From: Octopus vulgaris
Lineage: Eukaryota
Assembly: GCA_951406725.2 (NCBI GenBank)
Contig: OX597822.1
Location: forward strand, 17,856,001-17,920,000
Reading direction: 5' to 3'
DNA: 64,000 nucleotides
The notes under the pieces are model-generated. The model ran no database searches, was not told the origin of the DNA, and worked only from the letters and a program-made list of their open reading frames with translations. Position 1 is the first letter of the stretch. Each line of letters starts with the position of its first letter. Both the position numbers and the translations under genes were made by a program. Below are positions 1-13,145 of the stretch, in pieces.

Positions 1-524
1 TTGTTCCTCAGCAAGCTTTCAATGAAGATGTTTATGCAAAAATAAAATCAGAAAACATTTTCCACTTTCCCAACTGAACCTATAGGAAGAAAGTAAACCA
101 AAGAAAGAAACACTTTAGTGTTCCTTCCATTCCTGTCTCTCACCTTCTCATTCTCTACTTCAGACTCAATCATTTTCCTATTTAAGTCTCCCCACCCCAC
201 ACACCATATTCTTTTCTCATCTTCTTCATCATCATCGGTCCGCAGATTCTCTTTCCTTCTTCACTTTATTCTGACTCGTCTTTAACTCCACAGTCCTGCC
301 TCAAAACACAATAGCTATCAAGGAATCATTCAATTTGAACATTATACTCGTTAATCTATTCCAATTATCTCTACTTTAATCCCACCTTCTTCTCTCACAA
401 AGGCCAAGAAAGATTATCAATGTTTCTCCTTATTCTATCCCCCCAGTTTTCATGTTTTGTCATCCTGTTTGAGTTGACTCAGGATTATAGCAATAAATAT
501 TAAAACACTCTCTCTGTATCATGT

Positions 525-770
525 GAAGGTACTTGGTGTTGTGGTTAGGGTGTTGCTATCTGAATCACAAAATCAGGGTTTCCATTCCCGGATTGGTAGG
601 TGTATTGTGTTCTTGAGCAATACACCTAATTTCACGTTACTCCACTGAGCTGGAAATGAGTAACCCTGCTGTGGACTGAGTCCCATTCAAAGGGGATGCT
701 GTAATCTCTGTTATTTATACATCACGGAGCCTGGGCCGACAGCCTTGGAGTCCTAGCACTTATGACAGAA
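525..770 (+). mobile_element. Decayed tRNA-derived SINE (third family; related copies near 9095-9410 -, 18345-18480 +, 26700-26960 -)
   Basis: A-box-like gtggttagggtgttg, B-box-like gtttccattcc, then gtgttcttgagcaa..cac core. The same motifs recur in other copies in this window. Confidence 0.5.
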
Positions 771-2485
771 CTTTCTATACCATCTTATGAAATCATTTTC
801 TCTTACTGCTTATGATTTCGGCCATAATCAAATCAATCATTTTACAATGAATATTTGCAGAGGTAAATTAATTGTTTTCTTTTTCTTTGTGCAATTGTAT
901 CTTTGTTGTGTATTTTAAGGATCAGTGTTCCACCAGAATTGGTCCTCATCACTTATAATCAAGCATCCAAGCGATGAAGATCGAAGTGTATGTTTCTGGT
1001 CAAGAGAATATTATTAATCTCAGGTGTAAGAACAATCTCTTCTGCGATCTACCTGGCTCTGCAGTAGATCTCCCTTAAATATGCACAGTCTGCTTTGAAT
1101 GATTATCAAGTTTGCTTCACATTGAGTCTCTGCTTCAATTTCACTGCATGGCACCTTCAACTAGTGCCATTCTTTGTAACTGTGGTCAACCCATGAGTGA
1201 CATTGGGCGGGGGACATAAGCAAAGTAGAAGTCCATCTCATGAGTCAAAGGTCAAGCCTTGCCACTCGTTGTATCATGCTGACTCTACTTGAGAACTCCA
1301 TTAAAGAGTCACATGTTCGTGGAATACTCAGCCACAAAGCTGATTCAAGAAGCAGCTTATCAAACAACTCGATGATGATCATCAAAACTGATGGAGATTC
1401 ATTTTCAGTTCGATTTTCTTCTTTGAGCCTGGTTTTGGTTAGCTATCTGACTATTCCATAACTAGAAAGATTTTTAAATCTGCTCAAATTACAGATGTTT
1501 CTCTTAGCCACCAGTAAGCCTAGTTTTAGTAAACTAAATGAATCTGACATTACCAAAATGGCATTAAATCTCCTCAGATTTGATCAAATCACTGACATAC
1601 ATCTTCAAAACTAATGTAATCAGCTGTTTCACCTGTATAATTTATGAGGTAATGATCTTATGACACTTCCCAATCAACACGTTTTTATAGTAATTTACAA
1701 TAATTTACATTTGGTCTTCCTCTAAGAAGAAATTGTCACTTATCTGGTGTAGAATTGTTATCTTTGTACATCCTTATTTCTATCTAGTTGCACTATAAAT
1801 ACTATTGAATGGTAAGATTAACCTTTTCTCTCCTGACATAAAAGAAAAATTGAAAAAATTAAATTCAAAGAAAAGCTGATTAAAAAAAAATGAGAAACTG
1901 TACTGTGATAAATGCTAATGGGGAAAAACAAAATGAAAACATTGTGTCTAATTTCTAGGTAGGTCTGTAAACATTTTTTTTTTCAGACTTCTTCTCTGTG
2001 GTAGAAAATGATATTTCTGAGGAAACAAATAAATATATATGTAAAGAAATTAAAAAATAACGTTCAGAATTGTGATCTGATGTTATTTATTTATTTATTT
2101 ATGTACAAATAGAAAAAAACAAAAATAGAATTTTCTTACTTTAGTATTGCTTAAATGATAAAAGATAAGCGATATAGCAGTTGGCTTAGTAACAGTATTC
2201 CAATGCACGCATGCACACACACACACACGTGCATGTATGCACACAAACATATATGGGAAATATTTTGATTGCTAGATGATCATTGTCACTGAAGACTATT
2301 ATTATTATTATTATTATTTTTATTAACAATAATGGTATCTTATGCATTTTCATGTTAACTGAAACATGTTAGCCATCATATTCCCCTCCTATACAACCTG
2401 GTCTTTAGATAGCATCTTTGCTGGGTTCAGTTGCATTATCTGAATGCCGTTATTTATCCTAGAACCATCTTCATTTGCCTTCCAT

Positions 2486-2487
<2 letters not shown>

Positions 2488-2536
<49 letters not shown>

Positions 2537-2537
2537 T
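2488..2537. repeat. (CT)n microsatellite
   Basis: Direct reading of the sequence; it explains the SLSLSL ORFs. Confidence 0.95.
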
Positions 2538-3797
2538 AACATTCATATCAGTCTTTGCATCACCACTTACCACACTCATTCCTCAACCTCTATTCTCTCC
2601 ATCTGTTCATTCTTTTCACAATTCTTTGTTATGCAATGCCATTCAAATATTCTTTTATTTGATTTGCATTATATACACACTCACATCAGTCTGCTTGACA
2701 TGTCCATCATCATCTTCATCACCATCATCGTTAAACTGACCACCACCTCCACCACACAAGAACTGGTTTGTACATTCCCTTGAAGGTTTTCTTTTTACCA
2801 ATAACAAAGCCTTCAAATATTTTCTCGGATAAACAGCTTCTAAAAACAATGTCCACTCCCTCTGCATGGGACCTTGAGCAAGTTTCTCCCACCTCAGTCC
2901 TAGGCTGACCACTGCCCTGTGTATGGAGTTGGAAGCCTGTTTATACACACATGTATAATGTGTGTAACTGCAAAATCCATTTCATATCTTTTGCTTGTTT
3001 TAGTTACTGGATGGGGACCAGGCTGGAGCAGCGCCTTCAAAAGCTTAGTCAAGTAAATTGATCCCTAGACTTATTTTTATAAAGTCTGTTATTTATTCTA
3101 TCATTCTCCATTGCTGAACTGCTAAGTTACAGAGGCATAAACAGAGTGAGAGGGGAGGAGAACAAAGGAAACATTAAAATGCTTGATGCCAAATAAGTCA
3201 GTATTGAATCCATGGCGCCAAATGGGCAACACCAGAATGGCTGTGCCAAAACGTCCCACACCCATGGTTGATGATAGTTCACTCTTTTGTTGATAATCTC
3301 TTAGTGTGCAGTTGGTAATGTTCTATTGTAAAATCCTCCCACATCCACATGGATGACATTAATCCTGTCTCTTATGTGATACAGAAGGTTATTGAAATGG
3401 CTTCAAATGTTGAAATGATTTTATGCTTTTTAATTCTGGATTTTAAATTATTTTGCTTCACTTAGATTGCTAATTCTCTTGAAAAACTTCCGAATTTATA
3501 GATTATTTATTTATTTTATTTAATCCACTGAAAACACTTTCGTTTTCAGCATTATTGAATTTTAAAAAAACCAGTGGAGCAGGGAGAATGGTAGAATGTC
3601 AGAGTAAATGCTCTCAAATAATTTAGTTTCATTCCAACATATCCTGCTTTAAAATCTTGCTAAGGTTCACTTTGGTTTTTAAATCTTCATGTTTGATAAA
3701 ATAGATACCAGTCAAGTACTGGGGGGGGGAGGGGGTCAACATAATCAACGAGCACCTTCCCCTGAATTTTTACCCCATATATCTACAGTATCCTTTT

Positions 3798-3837
3798 ATA
3801 ATAATAAATAATGATGATAATAATAATAATAATAATA

Positions 3838-3885
<48 letters not shown>
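3798..3885. repeat. (AAT)n followed by (ATT)n; tail-to-tail microsatellite palindrome
   Basis: aataataat... switches to attattatt... near 3839. The (ATT)n half abuts the 3' end of the Dong/R4-like LINE. Confidence 0.9.
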
Positions 3886-5310
3886 GTTGCCTTTGCTTCT
3901 AACGCTGGAGATATACTACGGTGTCAGCTGTTCTCTACCGGTGAACTATGGTAACACCTTTTATTTTTTGAGCACCTTCCAGAGTATTCGAGTGGTTCCA
4001 AGCAGTGCTGTTTTCTGCAAGTGCTCCACCCTTATTGCAGCCCCTATTTGTTCCACATACTTCTCAAGATTTTTGCTCACTGTTCCCAGGGCTCTCGCAA
4101 TTATTGGTACTACAGCTACCTTTTTCCTATTATCAATCTGATGGTCACACTGAATCATAAAATCCCATAGGATCTTTGCATTTCTATTTTCAACAATGCC
4201 TTCAGGTTTGTGGTCATACCAATTTTTTGCTCTGTCAAGTCCATACTTATCGCAAAGTGTTCAATGGACAAGCCTGGCTATATTGTCATGGCATCTCTTA
4301 TATTCTTTCTGGACTAGTGGTGTACATTGGCTGGTAATATGCCAAATGGTCTCACAGTTTTGTCCACAGATTCTGCACTTATCTGATGTGTTGTCTATTT
4401 TATGTAGTTTATTCTTAGTGCTTGCTCTTGGGCAGCACAAATTAGAACCTCCGTTTCCGGTTTTAAATCATTTTTAGTCATCCACAGCCATCTTTTTTCT
4501 GTGCCTGTCTTTTCTTCAACATCCCTATGAAATTGTCCGTGCATTCTTTTCTTTACCCACCTATTTTCAGTTTCATTCGTTTTCAAATGCTTGTACAGTG
4601 CTTTATCTTTGCAATCTTCCATCCTTCACAAGCCTGTCCTTCCTAATTCTAATATTAGTGGTTCTGTGGCATTTTTTACATACCATGCTATGTTATTTTC
4701 TTCTGCTCTAATACTGTGTTCGCATCCAATAAGTCATCTCCCCCCTTCTTTTTCATGGTACAATCAGTCTGTCACTTTTTGGTTGGAGTGACCCATATCT
4801 AGTTAGCAACTTCCTTGTCTTTCTGTCTAAGCTGTTTAGTTCATCTACTGTCCATGCAATTACCCCTGCTCCATATCTAAGGAGTGAAACTGCCCAGGTG
4901 TTTATAGCTTCGATCTTATTCTTTCCATTTAATTTCGACTTTAGGATCAGTCTCAGTCTACACAAGTACTTCACCTTAGAATTTTTTTGTCATTTCTTTC
5001 TCCATTATTTTATCCATTTCCAAAATCCCCAAGTACTTACAGCCTGTCTCTTCTACCTGCTTCATAACCTCCCACCCGACTGTATCGTTAGCCCGTCCAT
5101 GCATTTCGTTTTGCCTCTCTTCTAGACTAACACACCATATTTTCTCAGTCCAAACTCCATTCTGATATCAGCACTGTATCAACGAGAGAACTGACTTGGG
5201 TTTCATCTTTACCATAAAGTTTGAGGTCATCCATGAATAACAAATAGTTGACTTTGTGTTGGTGGCTTTTGAATACATACCCAGCTTTTGCTTTCCACAG
5301 AATCAGTTGG
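3886..5310 (-). mobile_element. 5'-truncated Dong/R4-clade non-LTR retrotransposon (RT C-terminus, CCHC knuckle, restriction-like endonuclease region), frameshifted
   Basis: Minus-strand translation gives NYLLFMDDLKLYGKDE (RT catalytic motif), LKSKLNGKNKIEAINTWAVSLL RYGAG, MHGQF, LICAAQEQAL, CRICGQNCETIWHITSQC..YKRCHDNIARLVH, and VVPIIARALG..LQKTALLGTTRIL. It ends in (TAA)n. Confidence 0.88.
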
Positions 5311-6248
5311 GCAGAATCTGTAAGAAATAGGTTGTTGTTTCAAGCAGGTGCTTCTTATTCCATTGGTCTTTAAAGAGATAGTTTATCATATAGTTTGGAA
5401 GTAGGGTAGTATCCTTGATCATTTAAAGACTTTCTAAGACTGGTTGGAAGAAGGGGGGGGGGGTTAGCCTCCATCAAAGACATCATTCAAATTTTTGTGA
5501 CAGAGTGAATCTTGTTAAAGGCACCCAAGGACCAAGTGACAGTAGACTTTAAACCATACCACAGATCAAGATCACAATCTTGGACTGCTATTTTATTCAT
5601 TGACCCCACAAAAAAATAATGGTTGACTTCAGCAGGATTAGAACTCAGAACACAATGCACTAGAATAAATAATAAATGCTATAAGGCATTTTGTCCAACA
5701 CTGTAATGGTTCTGCCAGTTCACCATAAACCCATTGCTTATTTCATTTTCCTCCTTTTCTTTTTTCTTTTTCTTAACACTGTATTATCTGAGGGAGATTT
5801 GGCTGGTGTTTCCAGCTGACTGGGTAACTGGATAGAATTTCCTCTATTAAACCAGCTCATTTACAGTTAATGAAGTAAATTGCAGCCACACACTGGAAAT
5901 GATTCAATTGACAATATATCGCTACTCTACCCACTGACACTTTCCTAATTCGTGACCCTCAATCAATGTAAGAAATCCTTCTCACTGGATTTCTTTCCAC
6001 TTTCCAACTTTGGTTTTTGGAACTGATTAATTGTAAAATCCATAAAAATATCTTATTGTTTTTACTTGTTTTATGTTTTTATACATTCGCTGTTGATTTT
6101 TTCTCTAAAACATCTTAATTGTTTAATGATTTTGTTTAAAACGATTCTCCAATTTAATGCCTTCTTTATTTTATTTATTCTGCTTTTTTTTTTGTTTTTT
6201 AAATTTTATAACCTATAACTGGATATTGAGATAATTTTCATCTTTTAG

Positions 6249-6281
6249 GATGAAGCTTCTAGCAATGTGATGCACAGGAAA
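6249..6281 (+). CDS. Candidate 33-nt micro-exon (DEASSNVMHRK) of an unidentified host gene
   Basis: Long T-rich tract ending ttttcatcttttag, an open phase-0 frame, then a possible donor gttcgt. No homology recognised. Confidence 0.2.
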
Positions 6282-6507
6282 GTTCGTTAATTAGATTTTA
6301 ATGTCTGATGAAGATTTTAAAGTTTTAAATTTGAAATAAATTTGACAATAAACTTCTGTCTCTTTGACGTTGAAGAAATTTTCCTAGGAAAAGTAAAACT
6401 ATGATTAATATGGAATCCAAAAGAAAATGTTTGTAAAGTGTGAAGAACATAACGAACGTGATTCTTTATTGGTGAGTGTGCCTGTGAGCAATGATTGTGG
6501 GCAAGTT

Positions 6508-7020
6508 GTATGCGTGTGTGTGTGTGTGTGTGTGTAATGTAGGTATGTATTTGGGTGTATGCATGTGATTTCTATATATTTGTGTGTGTGTGTATGTGTT
6601 TCATTTGTGTTTGTGTGTATGTAACTTGATTATGTATCTGTGTGTGATTCGTGGATATATGTGCGCATTTGTGTGTGTACTTTATCTACATGTGTGTAAG
6701 TGTATTATATGAGTGTGTGTGTAATTTATGTGCTTTGTGTCGATATATATATATAATTTGTGTGTCTGTATGTGTATTTAATTAATGTGTATAAGTAATT
6801 TGTACATAGCTGTGTGTATTTATATGTGGTTATCTATAATTTATGTATGTGTATGTTAATGTAATTTGTCTGTATTTGTGTGTATATATATGTAATATGT
6901 ATGTGTGTGTATAAGATTTGTGAATGTATGTGTGTATAGATATATACGCATGTGCATATGTATTTTGTTTATCTGAGTGTACATGTATATATGCATAACT
7001 GGTGCGTGTGTGTGTGTGTT
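6508..7020. repeat. Degenerate (TG/TA)n low-complexity tract
   Basis: Direct reading of the sequence. Confidence 0.9.
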
Positions 7021-7849
7021 CTTTTACTTGAAATTCCAAACTTCTCTTCCTAACAATATCAGTATTTGTCAAGATTGATCATTTAATGGTGAAACAAAAC
7101 AAAAATAATTTGCCAGAGGAGGTAGCAGAAAAGAGAACCATTCCATCTGTTTACGTATCAACTATGGGCATGTCCCTCAAGACATTTTAGTTTTCATTAA
7201 ACATTCCCTTACAATTTTACCATTTTCACAACAGAACTTATTGGATTTCAAATATAATTTGTTTAATGCTCAAATTCATTGAAACTTTGGAGGACTCTTA
7301 ATTAATTTAGTTGCTGATGTTATGAAAAGAATCTATTTGTTTAAAGCTAGTTCTTGGTTTAAATAGATAGAATAATAGATAGAGATGATATTGGAAGGAA
7401 TATTATTATTTGTGATAGAGTATTCAATTCTAAGAAAGAAGAATTGCTAACTTGCTTCTAATCACTATTCTGATTTTGTCTTTTAAAAAAGTGTCCAGTG
7501 TTTGGTGAGGTAGAATTCTGTATAAGTTATTTGTGTCATGCTCCTGAGCACATTGTTGAGCTTGCCTCACTCTACCTGGCTGATAAAACAGACTCTGCTT
7601 CTATTTCATTGTTGTGTGTTTAGTGACAGGAAGTGTGTCTTCATGTGAAAAAAATGGTCCTTTCAAATTTTGGCAAAAGTCACTGACTACATCGATCCCA
7701 GTGCTCAGCTGATATATTCTTTGTGAACCCCAGAATTACGATAGACAAAGTTGACCTAAGTTGCATTTGAACTAAGAACATAATGAACCAGAAGAAATAA
7801 TAGCAATTGCATGAACAAAGACCCTCCTAGTTAAGTGAATGTTGAAGAC

Positions 7850-8400
7850 CATAGTATGAGAGTTGAACTGGCAAACCCATCAGGACACCAAACCAAATGA
7901 GGTATTTCCCCTGATTCTCTGCATTCTTAGTTCAAATCACACTATGCTCAACTTTGCCTTTCACTCTTCAAACATTCAGAAATGAGTTACTAGTCTAGGA
8001 TGGATTGGTTAGTAGAATCTTTAGAGAATTGGATCAGTTAACTTGTAGGATATATTCTGTCTGTATTCTGAGTTCAAATCACTCTGAGAACAGCTTTGTT
8101 TTTCATCTGTTGGGAGTTGAGGAATAAAGTAGCAGTCTAGGATGAGCGATTGGTCAAAATGCTAAAGCATCAACCAAGATGCCTTACATTATTTGTTCTG
8201 GTAGAATTGTTACCAGACAAAATTCTTAGTTGCATTTCTTCTGGCATTTTATGTTCTGGGTTCAAATGCCACTGGGTTTGAATTTCTCTTTCATTCTTTC
8301 TTGTCCAATTAAATGAGTACCAGCTGATCACTGGGGTCAATGTAATCAACTAACCCCCACCTTTGCAGTTGCTGACTTTGTACCAAAATTTGAATCATCT
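7850..8400 (+). mobile_element. Three tandem decayed units of the Meta-domain-like SINE family
   Basis: gttcaaat...ctttgcctttca...gtaccag-like blocks repeat near 7930, 8070 and 8260. The first two are each followed by agtctaggatg. Confidence 0.5.
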
Positions 8401-9979
8401 CCTTTTTTGTGGTTTAAAATTCAAATGTTGTTGTAACCTATTTGCATGATAGACTTAATGTGCTTCAACAACACCATCAAGTCAGTGGGTCCTGCTCAGT
8501 TTCAAGCACTCTGGCCTGGACTTCTGGTTTACAGGTATTCTCCTTCCTGTGTTTCTTCCAGTAATCTTAGGTGCCATGAAAAGAAGCACTACATACTGCC
8601 ATTCCCTTTAATCTATGCAATAAAGAAAGACTTAATCTGTTACCCTGTTTAACATTAACACTGACCCCTGTGCACTTTTTGTGGCATCACCAAACCGAGG
8701 GTAGCTCCACCTCTTCATATGCTGCTTTCTATTATTTCCTTGCTTTGCCTTTTTTAATCAAGGGTTCCTACCCTTTCCCCGCTTCAATTAAGCCAAACAT
8801 TTTCTCTAAGCTGTGACCCACTTTTGTGTCACGTATAGGCTGCAGGTGTGCCATGTGTCTTAGAGGTGAGTCAGAAAACACCAGAAGTTGAGGGTTTTTA
8901 ACCAACACAAAACGTGTGTGTGTGTGCATGTGTGTATGTGTTTGTGCACATGTGTGCATGCATGCATTTGTATATGTATATATCTGTGCATGAATATGTG
9001 TGTGTGTATTAATCCTCTACAAAATATTAATATGCACTCTACTAAAATGTATTGAGTATTCAGTTTAATGTTAAACTGTTTTTGTATATAAGTTGACATA
9101 AAAACAATATAATGGACTCTTCCATTGAAGATGGCGCATGAGTGTCCAGCTTTTGCCGAACACCCTGCACAAAGGATTTCTTTATAGTGATCCAATGTAT
9201 GTGCAGTGCATCAGCTCACACTCTCTATTAAATCAAGGTTGCCTGAACAGGTGCCCAGTGTACTACATGCCAGATGATGAAGTGACCACAGGGTTACATG
9301 AGATGAAGTGTTTTGCTCCAGAATACAACACATCACCTGGTCCAGGAATTGAAACCATGATCTCACAATTGTGAGTGCAACACCCTAACCACTAGGCAAT
9401 GCATCCCCACACACATGCACACATATATATAAAAAGGTTGTTTGCAAAACACTTAACCGTATAGGCAACTTGCCAGACTCAAATGGCCAGAGGCACATAA
9501 CCTCTCTACAACTGGAGCAAAGAATATATAATAGTTTGTTAATTTTGTAAGCAAAAAATTCCTGTTATGAACTTCTACTGGTAAGCTTTCAGGCAGGTGA
9601 GGTTCTCCCCCGTGTTCAATTTCAGGTGTGTCCATAATGGTTTTCAAAGTTGGTAGTGTGTTCTTATTTGGCAAGTGGAGAATTCCATATTTGCAGCAGG
9701 AATCTTCTCTGATGTGGGCATTGATTAAACATCTCTTTTTTGAAGTTTAAAAAGATCCCAAGAGCAAGGGAAATTTTGAGGGTCCTTGTTTTCCTAGCCA
9801 AGCAAAGCTTATGATATTTGCTCCCTCAAAGACTTCGAAGCAGCCCCAGTGAGCATTATTCTTAAACTGGGCTTCGTTTGGTTTTCTAGTTTCTTTCTGA
9901 TTTTCAATTGCTAAAAGACTTGGATAGTGCCTTACTCTTCTCCGCTAAAAACATAACCTGTATAGGATAGACACATGTA

Positions 9980-11271
9980 CGAGGGACGTTCAATAAGTAA
10001 TGCCCCTAATCCACTTGCAGTTGTTTGATCTAGCTGAAATTTTGCATGTGCAATTATTTATATCTCTATAGATTAAGTAGCAAATTGCAGCTCTGAACTA
10101 ATTGTGGTTTCTGATTTATAGGTGTTTGAACTGAGTCAAGTGTGAAATGGAGCCTGTTGAGTGTCGAGCAGTGATCCGGTTTTGATATTTGAAAGGACGC
10201 ACACCACGGGAGACTTTTGATGAAATGAAAGTAACTTATGGTGATGATGCCCCATCATGTGACCTTGTAAAACGCTGGCATCGTGAATTCAAACATGGTT
10301 GGAACTCTGTGGAAACAGCTCCCAGATCTGGTCGCCCCCTTCTGCCATTGATGAGGCATCTGTCCGTCAAGTCGAGGCTGCCATTTTGGAAGATCGACGC
10401 ATAACTATTCGCCAAATAGCCCATGAGGTCAAGATTAGTACCGGGTCTGTGGAAACTATCATTCATGACCATTTGCATCTGCAAAAGGTGTCTGCCAGAT
10501 GGATTCCCAGGTTGCTCACACCTTTCAAGAAGCAAGAACGCATTGAGTGCTCGAGGATGAATTTGGAGATGTGCCAAGGAGATGAGTCAAAATTTTTCAA
10601 AAGACTGATTACACAGGATGAAACCTGGGTCCATCACTATGATCCAGAGACCAAAGCCCAGTCAATGCAGTGGAAGCACCGTGACTTACCTCCTCCAAAG
10701 AAGGCAAGGCTGCAGCCTTCCGCTGGCAAGGTCATGCTCACAGTCTTCTGGGACCAGGACTGAGTAGTGATGACAGATTTCCTGGCAAAGGGTACCACAA
10801 TTGCAGGAGCCTATTTGCTTCACTTTTGAGGAAATTAAGAGAAGCTATCAAAATCAAGAGGCGGGGCAAGATCAGCAAAGGCATCCTCCTCCTGCAGGAC
10901 AATGCTCCAGTCCACAACTCGCGTGTCGCCAGATCAGAAGCACAGGCATGCGGCTATGAACCCCCCCCCCCCATTCCCCTACTCTCCTGACCTTGCACCC
11001 TCTGATTTTCACCTCTTCCCAGCCATGAAGTTGTTTTTGAAAGAAAAGCGTTTCCCAGATGATGCAGGCTTGATTTCTGAAGTCACGTCATGGTTGGAGG
11101 ACCAAGCTGGGGTCTTCTACAAAAACGGTCTCCAGAGCTGTATCAAACGATGGGAGAAATGCATAACTCTGGGTGGTTCCTATGTAGAAAAAGACTAATA
11201 ACTGTGCCAAATTTCGTTGCTCTACTGCTATGGGAAGTGGGTCAGGGGCATTACTTATTGAATGCCCCTCA
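9980..11271 (+). mobile_element. Full-length mariner (DD34D) DNA transposon with TIRs and TA target duplication
   Basis: Left TIR cgagggacgttcaataagtaatgcccct and right TIR aggggcattacttattgaatgcccctca. TA lies at 9978-9979 and 11272-11273. Confidence 0.95.
10147..11198 (+). pseudogene. Mariner transposase pseudogene (stops and frameshifts)
   Basis: Motifs MEPVECRAVIRF*, RSGRP, WIPRLLT, ITQDETWVHHYDPE, LLQDNAPVH and PYSPDLAPSDFHLF are split over three frames. Confidence 0.93.
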
Positions 11272-13111
11272 TATATGCAATGGGCTTTTAGAGGATAGCA
11301 TCACACAGAAGTATGGATACGCTTCCCCACATCTGTACAATAGCATTAACAGGGAAGCCAAACAGTCAAAAGTTCAGGTATAGCAGATTGAGTACAAGTG
11401 TTAACCAAGTGGAATACCTTTATCAGCATCAAGGACCAGAAAGCAAACATTGCCCCTAACCCCTAATGCCTCCTGATTAACCTGCTTCAACCAGAAATCA
11501 GTGTGGCTGCAAACATATACAAAGAAAAAATCAATGGCAACATAAGGGGTGCATTCAATCTCTCCTTATGGTTTCCTGGTTTAAAGCCAACCAGATTAGT
11601 GGCAGGGCAAGGTTCACCCAGTTTGGTAAAGTGGAATTTGATATGTCTATATTGAAAGGGTTACTAGTTAAAGCACATATGTTTGCCGAGAATTCCACTG
11701 ATACTAGTGATAGGGACATAGACGTAATCATGCATGCTAGGAAAACACTGCTGTTCAATAAACGGGTCTTTGGTTTGAAGCTAATTTCATCCCTTTCTTC
11801 CCATCAGTCTCAGGGACCCTAAAAAAGTAAGTGCTGCCCTTTCCTTTTTGACCACAAGGTTGAAAACACATACACACATGCACAAGTTATCAATGTGTTT
11901 GTTTGTTAAACAGAAAGGGTTGTTACATAGAACCCTTTCTGTTTTAAAATGATTGAATGAAAGAAATTTCTAAAAACTCATAGCATGCCATAATGCTTCT
12001 GAAATCTTATTCATTGATCCCTGAACAGAAGAAGGTTGAAAATTGCTGGCTGTACCCGACAAAAAGATGAGCTCTGTAGGGGTCTAAGATTGATAAGCTG
12101 TGTTCGTTTCTTTATATCCCCCATAAGTCAGCTGCTCAGGAAAAGAGACTGATAGAATAACTACCAATACTGGTTATAAAGCAGTGGTGGGGGGTACGCA
12201 CACACACACGTACACACACAGGATGGCCTTCAAAAACTTTTTTCTCATATTCATATAGAAGACACTAGTTGGCCTAGGGCTATATAGTAAAATGCTTTTG
12301 TCCAAGTTATGGTGCAGTGAAATTGAACCCACAACTCCTTGGTTGCAAAGTGAGCTCCTTTACTGCACAGCCATACTTGCATTGATATTTTGATAAAGTT
12401 AAGATTCTTAAAATACAGACTTTGATACTTTATCCATTTACTGTTATTGTTGTTGTTGTTCTCCTTCTGAACGCCATCCATTTATTGCCTTCCCACTATT
12501 TTACCTCAGATTACATTACACAATTTATGTGTTTGTTTTCGTTTAAGATGTTAGGGTGCCATTTGTGATACATTTTGCTGCTATTTTTAGCAAGCTGAAC
12601 GACCATGTACTGGCTCCCATGCTGGCTTGGTCTTATTTAGTTGTAAGGTAATGTATCCTCAATCACCACTAATAATATTCCATCATTCATAATTCTAATC
12701 CTTCACCTGATTCATAAATATCTTCTCACAGTATAACATTACTGTTCAACACAGGCTGCCAAGCTCTTTTCTCTCTTCCATTTCTACTTCGACTTTCTTA
12801 GCAGCTGCTCTTCACAATACTCAAGTACAACTTAGCTACTTAGGTGTCATCCTTCACTTCAAACCAAACCATGCATTTTATCTGCTGCATATCACACTCT
12901 ACAAGGATTCTCCTCTACAATGTGCCAACCACAATTCTAGAAAGACATTAATTACTGCACAATCTCTCTCTTGCCTTTATCTTCCTCCAGCTATGGTTTC
13001 TGTGATTCTCTTCTCTGTTTAAATGAAAGTGTGTTCATAAAATATTTCATTTTCAAACTGAGATTATTTTCTTCTGATGAGTTTATTAAAGAACTGGATT
13101 CCTTTAAACAC

Positions 13112-13145
<34 letters not shown>

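Larger units (their letters stand above)
9600..11790 (+). mobile_element. Decayed Penelope-like element RT relic, interrupted by a mariner
   Basis: Translation gives HNLYRIDT|CICNGLLEDSITQKY..NSINREAK, FISIKDQK..NP*CLLIN, and VSWFK..FTQFGKVEF..DIDVIMHARKTLLFN. These match PLE RT motifs (TNxY..YNxLLxxNIT, FITIKDHK, CRLINP, FDIVEFYPSI, IMHARKSLLF). Boundaries are approximate. Confidence 0.75.

Noticed and set aside
900-1461. Possible Tc1-like N-terminus on the minus strand and a 73-aa plus-strand ORF
   Set aside because: Only faint similarity (QRLNVKQ, STAEPGRS) with many stops and no TIRs found. Too weak to call.
1987-2060. Acceptor-like ttttttcag followed by a short open frame (a similar case lies at 15028-15089)
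   Set aside because: Such acceptors are frequent in T-rich DNA, and there is no convincing donor or recognisable peptide.
2655-2948. 97-aa minus-strand ORF
   Set aside because: It overlaps a decayed SINE core (accttgagcaag) and CAT/CAC repeats, with no protein motif.
6300-6350. CTGATGA...GAAA spacing resembling a hammerhead
   Set aside because: Stem II is weak and AT-only, and stem I cannot form in the correct register. It is probably chance in AT-rich DNA.
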